Shown here in pieces: positions 19,939 to 27,126 of a stretch of DNA of 64,000 nt. The notes below the pieces were generated by a model. It searched no databases. It was not told where the DNA came from and worked only from the letters and a program-made list of their open reading frames with translations. The stretch lies in assembly GCA_965204375.1 (NCBI GenBank), contig OZ241986.1:1376001-1440000 (forward strand), given 5' to 3'. A program made the translations under genes and the position numbers. This DNA comes from Candidatus Latescibacterota bacterium. GTDB lineage: Bacteria > Latescibacterota > UBA2968. Every line of letters begins with the position of its first letter. The first letter of the stretch is position 1.

Positions 19939-22050
19939 TTATCTGCCCGACAGATTTTTCGCACGGTTCACGAGATCGTGGACATCCATGTATGGTTCGG
20001 GGGCTGTAGATGTCCAGACGACCTCTCCGGTCGCATCCAGCAGGAGTGTGCCGTGTGTTGGGCCAGTGTGGGCCATTCCAAACCAGCCCGCCCATTTGCC
20101 AGCAGTGTCTGAGATGAGGCTCGACGACAGCGCAGCAACTCTCTCTTGGTCGGGCTCGGATTCTGGCGTGATAATCACCAGGTTGATGTCGTTCTCCCGA
20201 AGCACCTCGTCGAACAAACGCGCGTGCTCGTAACAATGCTCACATTGAACGCCAGTGATGAATGTGACGACGGTTGTCTTGCCAGTGATCAGGCTGAGTT
20301 GCTCTGGCTCTTCCACAACCAGGAACTGTCCCATCATGCCGTTGTCTTCGTGTTCCATGATATGGCAGTGGTACATGTATGGAATCTGAGGATCGGCATA
20401 TCGCTCGAAGGCCATGATGATCCGAACGAGATCACCGGGAGGCACCAGGACTGTGTCTTTCCAGCCGAGGTCGGCACCGGTGGGCGGTTGGCCGTTGCGA
20501 TCGAGAATTTGAAACTGGACGAGGTGGACGTGGAGAGGGTGAGGCTGACCGCCGCGATTGTGTACCTCCCAAATCTCAATGTCTCCCAATCGCACGACCT
20601 CATCAATTCTCGCCATATCCATTATCTTGCCGTTGATTGGTGGTCCCCCTCGCCCCCCTCGCCCCCCTCGCCCCCCTCGTCCCCCTCGTCCTCCTCGTCC
20701 TCCTCGACCACTTTGTACACCTTGTCCCCGTCCTCTCTGACCCCCTCGACCGCCCTGTAAGCCTTGTCCACGTCCACCTCGTCCTCCTCGACCACTTTGA
20801 ACACCTTGCCCACCCCGTCCTCCTTGTCCTCGTCCGCCCTGTATAGCCTCCAGATTCCGGGTGATGCGTTGTTGGATGTTTTGCAGTCGTCCGCCCTGTC
20901 CCCCTCGTCCACCCGGCATAGGTCCCACCAAAACCATCGGACGGGTTTTGGCGGCGTGTGAGGTATCGATGCGGGAGATGGTGTTGAGGCGTTCTGGCAG
21001 CGCGTGAGATGCACGTTTTGTCGGCTGGGGAACGATCTTCAGCAATTGTAAGTTCCCCGTGCCGATTCCCCAGAAAAACGATATGATAGTCCTCATAAAA
21101 CCGGCTTCCGGATAGCTTTTCAACACCACCTCATCTCCATCGCTGAAGTCAACGAGGATCTCGGCTCGCTCGCCGGGGGCGAGGATCACGCGGTTGGTTT
21201 GGTGGGGCGTCTCGAGGAATCCGCCATCTGTGGCGATCTGATGAAACTCGCGGTTGTCGTCAAAGCCGATGTAGTAGATTCGCGCATTCGAGCCGTTTAA
21301 CAGTCTGAATCGAATGCGACGTGACTCAACCTGGAGAAATGGATTATAGGTTCCATTGATCAGCATGGTGTTTCCGAAGACGGCACCCAGGTTGCGGGCA
21401 TAGCGAAACGCACCGTCGTCGTCAAACAATCGGTCTTGAATCACGACTGGAATGTCGTCAGCGCCGTAGGTCTTTGGCAGACTCAGCGCATCACTGTTAT
21501 CGTCATCGATCCACATGAGGCCAGCGATCCCCCGATAGACCTGCCGCCCCGTATTGTCATGCGGATGCGGGTGGTACCACAACGGAGCGGCCTGTTGATC
21601 GACCGGAAAGCTGGCAGTCCACGATTCTCCAGGCTCGATTTTCTGATGCGGTGTGCCGTCCATGCGAGCGGGAACGTGCATTCCGTGCCAGTGCATTGTC
21701 GTTATTTCATCCAGATTGTTCTGGACGATCAGATCGACCTCTTCGCCTCGACGCAGTCGTATCGTCGGTCCCAAAAACGGGCCATTAACGCCAGCTGTCG
21801 GTGTTTGTTTACCTGGCAGGAACTCTCGGCTTCCTTCGGCAACAGTCAGGTGAAATTGCCGTCGTCCTTCTACAACGGTTCCAAATAACTGATTTGGAAT
21901 CAGTAGCTTATTCTCAAAGGTCAACTCGCTGTTTGTGGCTCGGATGAACATCAGCCAGTAGCAGGTCGCGCCCAATAACAGTACGATAATCAACAGTTCT
22001 ATTGTGATTGGCTTCAGCCACCGGGGCCTGGTCGCCGTATCTGCAGGCAT
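19939..22050 (-). CDS. Three-domain multicopper oxidase (CueO/SufI/bilirubin oxidase family) with N-terminal TM anchor, Gly/Arg-rich insert and C-terminal redoxin-like CxxC domain
   Basis: All four Cu motifs: HWHG, WYHPHPH, HPLHVHL, YHCHIMEHEDNGMM. Insert of GGR repeats. C-terminal TFITGVQCEHC...HGTLLLDATGEV. Confidence 0.9.
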   Translation of the reverse strand: MPADTATRPRWLKPITIELLIIVLLLGATCYWLMFIRATNSELTFENKLLIPNQLFGTVVEGRRQFHLTVAEGSREFLPGKQTPTAGVNGPFLGPTIRLRRGEEVDLIVQNNLDEITTMHWHGMHVPARMDGTPHQKIEPGESWTASFPVDQQAAPLWYHPHPHDNTGRQVYRGIAGLMWIDDDNSDALSLPKTYGADDIPVVIQDRLFDDDGAFRYARNLGAVFGNTMLINGTYNPFLQVESRRIRFRLLNGSNARIYYIGFDDNREFHQIATDGGFLETPHQTNRVILAPGERAEILVDFSDGDEVVLKSYPEAGFMRTIISFFWGIGTGNLQLLKIVPQPTKRASHALPERLNTISRIDTSHAAKTRPMVLVGPMPGGRGGQGGRLQNIQQRITRNLEAIQGGRGQGGRGGQGVQSGRGGRGGRGQGLQGGRGGQRGRGQGVQSGRGGRGGRGGRGGRGGRGGRGGPPINGKIMDMARIDEVVRLGDIEIWEVHNRGGQPHPLHVHLVQFQILDRNGQPPTGADLGWKDTVLVPPGDLVRIIMAFERYADPQIPYMYHCHIMEHEDNGMMGQFLVVEEPEQLSLITGKTTVVTFITGVQCEHCYEHARLFDEVLRENDINLVIITPESEPDQERVAALSSSLISDTAGKWAGWFGMAHTGPTHGTLLLDATGEVVWTSTAPEPYMDVHDLVNRAKNLSGR
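20641..20920 (-). repeat. Coding low-complexity repeat: about seven 9-bp GGR units plus an ~84-bp (28-aa) internal duplication
   Basis: Plus strand (CCCCCCTCG)n at 20645-20708. Protein units IQGGRGQGGRGGQGVQSGRGGRGGRGQG and LQGGRGGQRGRGQGVQSGRGGRGGRGGR. Confidence 0.95.
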
Positions 22051-22163
22051 GCTTTCTCCTTACATGGGTGATCCGCATCGCGCGCTTGTGCCGTGAGCGG
22101 TGTAACAAGCGTTTTCTTATTTGACAGCAGAAATTCGCGGCGCGTTCCATTGCGCATCCTAAT

Positions 22164-22199
22164 AAAAAAAGGTCGTGAGATTAGTTCTCACGACCTTTT
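22164..22199. terminator. Rho-independent terminator (bidirectional geometry; serves the FAH gene on the minus strand)
   Basis: AAAAGGTCGTGAGA-TTAGT-TCTCACGACCTTTT perfect stem flanked by A and T runs, about 55 nt past the FAH stop. Confidence 0.85.
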
Positions 22200-22253
22200 G
22201 ATTTTGATTACTGAAAAAACTGAGTTACAAAAGCAGAATTCGTCCAACCTATT

Positions 22254-23093
22254 TTACCAACGTCTCTTCAGCGAATCGTGGACACTGACCTCTAAGTGAT
22301 GACCGAATCCCTCGATCTCCAACCGAACTTTGAAGCCATCCTGAATGGGTGACAGAGCTTCGTGATGGGTGCCGGTTGCAACGACATCCCCTGGCTCAAG
22401 GGTGATAACCTTGGTGATTTCCTCCAGCAACTCGGGAATGTGGCGGGCCATATCGCCTGTAGAAAAATCGTGTTTGAGAGTGTTGTTGACCCATAGTTTT
22501 ACTGAAAGGTCATTTGGGTTTGATACCTCATCGGCTGTCACTAAGACCGGTCCCAGAGGAGCAAAAGTGTGCCAGCTTTTTCCCAGGAAGAAGCCACCGG
22601 GCAATCCTCGGGCCGAAACATCTATGAACTGTGTGTAACCAAAGACGTGGTCCAGTGCGTCGGCTTGCGAGAGGTGGCTGGCTCTCTTGCCGATTACCAG
22701 AGCCAATTCTGGCTCAAAATGGAAAACACTCGCTTCGGCGGCCGGGAGTTCAACCGTGCTGCCGGTAGGCATCACGCTGGTGTTGGCCTTGAGAAAGCCA
22801 TTGAACAGACCACGCTCCGGGTGCCCTGGCTCGATATAATTACCGGCTGAACACATGAGTTGACCGGGGCGGGGTAGAGGCGATTGCAAAGTTACCGTAT
22901 CGAGGGCGACACCATTCCTACTTTCTACGTCACTCTCGATCCTGGATTGCATGGCATCCCAATCAGTAATAATCATCTGCATCATTTCTTGAGCGTTGTG
23001 ATGCCCCAGGTCTGCGACTGAATCTCCAACCGGGACGACTGTATCGCCCTGCAAAACGCCCAGTTGGAAGTCATTATAGAGTACGAGTTTCAT
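22254..23093 (-). CDS. Fumarylacetoacetate hydrolase family protein
   Basis: HFEPELALVIGK, GYTQFIDVSAR, GKSWHTFAPLGP, TLEPGDVVATGT. Confidence 0.93.
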   Translation of the reverse strand: MKLVLYNDFQLGVLQGDTVVPVGDSVADLGHHNAQEMMQMIITDWDAMQSRIESDVESRNGVALDTVTLQSPLPRPGQLMCSAGNYIEPGHPERGLFNGFLKANTSVMPTGSTVELPAAEASVFHFEPELALVIGKRASHLSQADALDHVFGYTQFIDVSARGLPGGFFLGKSWHTFAPLGPVLVTADEVSNPNDLSVKLWVNNTLKHDFSTGDMARHIPELLEEITKVITLEPGDVVATGTHHEALSPIQDGFKVRLEIEGFGHHLEVSVHDSLKRRW

Positions 23094-23123
23094 GAGAGTC
23101 TCCTTATTTAGAGGTTAGATGGG

Positions 23124-23683
23124 TTAAGCCTGATTGATCATCACCGCATTTACAGAGTGCGGAGAGAGTGATATCTTAAAGTTGGAGCCGCCAATTGGGA
23201 TTTCACGCGTGTCAATCGCAACTTCATTGGGTGAATTCCAGTCGTTTCGAGACATGTAACTCTCACCGGCAATGGTTTGGAGTTCTGCGGTGTTCGCTGG
23301 ATCGAAGTTGCTGAGTTCGCAAGTGATCTCGATTTCTTCGGTGGGATGGCGATTGAGAATCAGGAGAATCAAACCATTATCCGAGGTAGCTGCAAGAGCA
23401 TCTACGTAAGGCATGTTTCCCCCCACCATAATGGATTTGATGTTCGCCGCGAAGGTTGGCGATGAGGTGACAGAATGCACAAGGGTCGCCTCGGGAAGAT
23501 TGCCGTAGAGGTGTGACACCCAGTGAACCGGAGCCGGGTAAACGATCTCCCGCTCCTTCTTCAATCCGCCTCCGTGATTTACCAACACACTGTGGGTGAA
23601 CATCTCGACGAGATCACCTTGCCGCATTGCGCTGTGTAACGCGCCTGATAGGTAGAGCGACTCCGCCTGTGTGGCATTCGTCG
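23124..23683 (-). pseudogene. 3' fragment of a GH51 alpha-L-arabinofuranosidase-like gene (C-terminal beta-sandwich)
   Basis: Open frame from the IS right end: PTNATQAESLYLSGALHSAMRQGDLVEMFTHSVLVNHGGG...YVDALA...LILNRHP...LSPHSV. Confidence 0.75.
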
Positions 23684-23830
23684 GTGATTACTCCCAACGA
23701 TAGGGCAGTTGGGCTTCTTGGTGGTCAAACCACCTGACTTTGTAATCCCAAAGTCAATATGTTTATCACAGCGTTGTGGTCTCTGTCTGTGGTATAGCCA
23801 CACTTTTTGCAGTGATGTACACGCTCAGAA
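23666..23830 (-). ncRNA. Predicted TnpB omega/reRNA (5' boundary unknown); guide expected to start CGACGAAUGCCACACAG
   Basis: Inferred from established TnpB biology: the scaffold overlaps the tnpB 3' end and right end, and the guide is the flank after TCAC. Hairpins GACTTTG..CAAAGTC, GGTGGT-TTG-ACCACC and CCCAAC..GTTGGG are visible. Confidence 0.5.
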
Positions 23831-24837
23831 AGTGTTTTCTTCTCGCGGTGTCCACAAGCTGAACATGTCTGAGATGTGTATTGAGAAGGTACGGCCTTGA
23901 ATCCAATACCAGCTTCTTCCGCTTTGTATTCGAGACAATGCCGAAACATCGACCACGCTGCATCGCTGATGGACTTCGATAGCCTTCGATTCTTCTGCAT
24001 CTTCTGGACTTTTAGTTTCTCTGCGGCTATGAAGCCGAAACGATTGACTATCCTTCTTGATTGTTGATGGGCAAAGTGATGACGCTTATTCTTGATTCTT
24101 TCGTGAACGCGGGCGACAACCTTGCGATGTTTCTCTTTTCTTTTGGATTTGGTTTTCTTCACCTTGTCCCACTTTCGTTGCGCCTTCGCAAGGTTCTTTT
24201 CTTCCTTTCTGAAGAATCGTGGGTTATTGACCTTACTTTCATCCGAGAGCACCGCGAAAGCGTAGAGACCCACATCAATCCCAACAGCGGTGTCAGGATG
24301 ATCCTCAGACCGCACAGGCTCGCCAATATCACAACTGATCGACGCATACCACTTGCCTGTTGCTGACCGCGTGATGGTGCAGGTCTTAGGGACGCCTTCA
24401 ATTGGACGATGCTGGACAATACGGATACAGCCAATTTTGCCCAATTGCAAGCCTTTGTTGTCCAACCGGCATCCATTTGAGAACTGCGGATACGTGATAG
24501 AGTCATAGCGATTCTGACCCTTGTATCTTGGAAAGCCAGCTTTTTTAGCTTTGGCCTTGACCCTGCCAAAGAAGCCGTCAAATGCCTTGTCAACACGAAC
24601 AGCTACCTGTTGCAAAACTTGAGAATACACGCGTGCAAAATCGGGGCGTTGTGCCTTCATCAATGGCAATGTAGCTTGTTGTTCGTAGCAAGACAACGAC
24701 ACGCCATCCTGCTCCCATGCTTGAACACGGGCACATACCAACTGGTTGTAGAGCAATCGGCATGTTTCAATATGCGCTTGCAGTGTCGTAGTTTGCTTCT
24801 TTGTTGGACGCAAGCGGTATTTAAAAGTTCTGAGCAC
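23725..24837 (-). CDS. tnpB: TnpB RNA-guided endonuclease, catalytic triad intact
   Basis: FKYRLRPT N-terminus, RuvC-I GIDVG, RuvC-II AAEKL, YTSQTCSAC...CKKC zinc finger, RuvC-III DRDHNA; GTG start with GGAG RBS. Confidence 0.95.
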   Translation of the reverse strand: MLRTFKYRLRPTKKQTTTLQAHIETCRLLYNQLVCARVQAWEQDGVSLSCYEQQATLPLMKAQRPDFARVYSQVLQQVAVRVDKAFDGFFGRVKAKAKKAGFPRYKGQNRYDSITYPQFSNGCRLDNKGLQLGKIGCIRIVQHRPIEGVPKTCTITRSATGKWYASISCDIGEPVRSEDHPDTAVGIDVGLYAFAVLSDESKVNNPRFFRKEEKNLAKAQRKWDKVKKTKSKRKEKHRKVVARVHERIKNKRHHFAHQQSRRIVNRFGFIAAEKLKVQKMQKNRRLSKSISDAAWSMFRHCLEYKAEEAGIGFKAVPSQYTSQTCSACGHREKKTLSERVHHCKKCGYTTDRDHNAVINILTLGLQSQVV

Positions 24838-24849
24838 CGGGAAAACTCC

Positions 24850-24988
24850 AAAAAGAAAGCCGTATGGGGGTGTTTACCAAACAGCACAAAAGCTATTTGC
24901 CCCACACGGCTAAAATAAAAATAAAAAAGGCTTTTGTGGTTCTGGTCGGTGACAATGATAATATACTCAATCTATGGCGGTATGTCAG
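24850..24988 (-). promoter_or_regulatory. sigma70-like promoter and structured 5' leader of tnpB
   Basis: CTGACA (24988-24983), 17 nt, TATATT (24965-24960). Leader holds a 12-bp stem (24911-24858) followed by UUCUUUUU just before the RBS. Confidence 0.6.
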
Positions 24989-25073
24989 TATTCATATCCA
25001 CTGAAGCTATAAAGGGAAGTCCTTATTATCCCAACGCTAAAACTTTCTGCGAGTAGGCTTTACGGGCTTTATG

Positions 25074-25491
25074 GTAAGTAGGTCGATTGGCGGATTCCCG
25101 CTTCAGGTCCAGGAACTGTGATTCGCTGGCTTGTTTTGGCGTTGTACGGGTTAAGCCAGTCAATGAGATAGGTCGCATCTTTTGATCCGTAGGGGAGCCA
25201 TCGATAGGCGAGACCCTTTTCGTAGGCGGATCTGTGTCGCTCGATATCGGGATCCCTTAGACGATCGGCCTCTGGCGTCCAGATCCGGCTGAAGAAAGAC
25301 CAGTCTGCGAAGGATGTGTTCTCCAGTATTTGCGCCCACATTCCATTGTAGATGTTGCGACCGAGATGCTCTGTGAATTTCCCGAAAAGATTTCGATTGA
25401 TGGGTTTATCCGCTTTCCGACGGCAATCAATGAACACACGAGCCTCACCATCGATCGGTTTGATCTGGATCAGAGGATCGGCGTTGGGCAT
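25074..25491 (-). pseudogene. 5' fragment of a GH51 alpha-L-arabinofuranosidase-like gene
   Basis: ATG 25491 behind GGAG. INRNLFGKFTEHLGRNIYNGMWAQILENTSF is the GH51 N-terminal signature; ends GIRQSTYL at the IS left end. Confidence 0.8.
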
Positions 25492-25668
25492 GTATTGGTC
25501 TCCAGAATTTGGATGATGTCGATTGCATTCGAGTCCAGTTAGTGGAGCCAATATAAGACATTTTCTCGGGGATTGAAAATCTGAATGATGGCTTGCGATT
25601 TCTTTCACAGGTACTATATTGAAAAGGCCATTGTTGAGGATTAATATGGAAATCATCTGGAGACCGAC

Positions 25669-25779
25669 ATGAATAAGCCATCTTCGCGTCCTGCCAATTT
25701 CATTTTTATTTTAAGCGATACGCATCGTTATGACGCTATGTCATTTACGAACCCTTTGAAGGATCATTTTGAAATTTAT
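25669..25779 (+). pseudogene. 5' fragment of a sulfatase gene cut by the second IS605 element
   Basis: GGAG RBS, ATG 25669: MNKPSSRPANFIFILSDTHRYDAMSF...EIY, a typical sulfatase N-terminus; remainder absent. Confidence 0.7.
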
Positions 25780-25843
25780 CAGATAGCCCGTAAAACCCAT
25801 CGGCTTTAGCGATGGGATAAAAGGCTTACGAATTTATGGAGTG

Positions 25844-25878
25844 GTCTGCCTGTGCGTGCGGGCACGCACGCAGACAGG
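25844..25878. repeat. GC-rich REP-like palindrome inside the IS left-end region
   Basis: GTCTGC-CT-GTGCGTGC-GG-GCACGCAC-GCAGAC-AGG. Confidence 0.65.
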
Positions 25879-25961
25879 TACTTTAGCGTTGGGGCACAAT
25901 CATCAAGGGATTGTGGGCGGTGAGCCATTGTGATTCGTCCGATAGTTCCACGAAAAATGGG

Positions 25962-25990
25962 TTGACAAAATATGCTCATAAGTATATATC
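25962..25990 (+). promoter_or_regulatory. sigma70-like promoter, probably producing a leaderless tnpB mRNA
   Basis: TTGACA (25962-25967), 17 nt, TATATC (25985-25990); ATG at 25997 lies 7 nt downstream with no SD. Confidence 0.6.
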
Positions 25991-25996
25991 TTTATT

Positions 25997-27091
25997 ATGT
26001 TTAAGTCCTTCAAATACAGACTGCGCCCAACGAAAAAACAGGAGAAAATCCTGACGGCGCACATTGAAGAATGTCGCTTGTTGTATAACCAGCTTCTTTG
26101 TGTGAGAGTACAAGCCTGGGAGCAAAAGCATCAGTCTTTGTCCTGCTATGACCAGATAAAAACCATTCCATTGATGAAGAAACAACGACCTGAATTTACG
26201 CAAGTGTATAGTCAGGTGTTGCAACAGGTCGCGGTACGGGTTGATCTTGCATTCAAGGCGTTCTTTCGTCGTGTCAAAGAGCGGGCAAAGACGGGCGAGA
26301 AAGCAGGCTTTCCCAGATACAAGGGTCAGAATCGCTATGATTCTATCACCTATCCTCAGTTTTCCAATGGTTGCCGATTGGACGATAAGGGCTTGCGATT
26401 GGGTAAGATAGGCTGTATTCGGATTGTCCAGCACAGACCCCTTGAGGGTATGCCCAAGTCTTGCAGTCTCAGGCGCACGGCTACTGGTAAGTGGTTTGTT
26501 ACTATCTCTTGTGATATAGGCGACACAAGTAAAAAAATAAACATTGATTCTGCCGTCGGTATTGACGTGGGACTTGATAATTTTGCTATGTTTTCTGACA
26601 GAGAGAAGGTAGCAAATCCTCGCTTTTTTCAAAAAGAGGAAAAGGCGCTTGCCAAAGCACAGCGCAAGTGGGAAAAAGTAAAAAAAGTGTCGCCAAAGAA
26701 ACGAGAGAGAGCACGTAAGACTGTTGCCAGAGTGCATGAGCGTATCCGTATGGATTACGACTACATCATAATTGGCGCGGGATCTGCTGGGTGTGCTGTT
26801 GCGGGGCGTTTGAGTGAAAGTGGGCAGTATCGCGTTTTATTGTTGGAAGCCGGTGGTCCGGATGATCGAGACGCGATTCACATTCCCGCGCGATTTCCAG
26901 ATCTGTTTCATACAGATAAAGATTGGGATTATGAAACCACACCGCAAACTGGGTTTAATGGGTGGCAGGATTACGTGCCGCGTGGCAAAATGTATGGCGG
27001 TTCGAGTTCTATCAATGCGATGGTCTATCAGCGAGGTCATCCGAGTATAATGATCGGGGAGAAAGCTGCAGATATGATTCTGGGTGGCTAA
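25997..27091 (+). pseudogene. Chimeric ORF: truncated TnpB (to 26749) fused in frame to an internally deleted GMC oxidoreductase (26750-27091)
   Basis: TnpB up to ARVHERIR (RuvC-I GIDVG kept; RuvC-II/III and Zn finger lost). Then [14 protein letters not shown]...[22 protein letters not shown] joined directly to the GMC C-terminal [12 protein letters not shown]. Confidence 0.8.
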
Positions 27092-27126
27092 ATTCACTAC
27101 ACACTTTTAGAAATGAAGGGATTTAC

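Larger units (their letters stand above)
23684..25073 (-). mobile_element. IS200/IS605-family tnpB-only (IS1341-like) element
   Basis: Minus strand. Left end begins CATAAAGCCCGTAAAG right after TTAC (25077-25074) and contains TTTTAGCGTTGGG. Right end has hairpin CCCAAC-TGCCCTATC-GTTGGG then AGTAATCAC, ending in TCAC at 23684. No tnpA. Confidence 0.85.
25780..26749 (+). mobile_element. Truncated IS200/IS605 tnpB-only element (left end plus 5' two-thirds of tnpB; right end lost)
   Basis: Left end CAGATAGCCCGTAAAA after TTTAT, with hairpin CCCATCG-GCTTTAG-CGATGGG (25796-25816); aligns with the left end at 25073. Confidence 0.8.

Noticed and set aside
20622-21014. Alternative-frame ORFs with acidic (EEDEGDE), Pro-Arg or Ser-rich repeats over the MCO insert
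   Set aside because: Frame by-products of the 9-bp repeat; the MCO frame is continuous through all Cu motifs.
23684-25073. IStron (group I intron plus IS605), suggested by the in-frame excision junction
   Set aside because: Only ~235 nt lie upstream of tnpB and they hold the left end, promoter and leader. I see no group I core, and the element ends in TCAC rather than the terminal G a group I intron needs.
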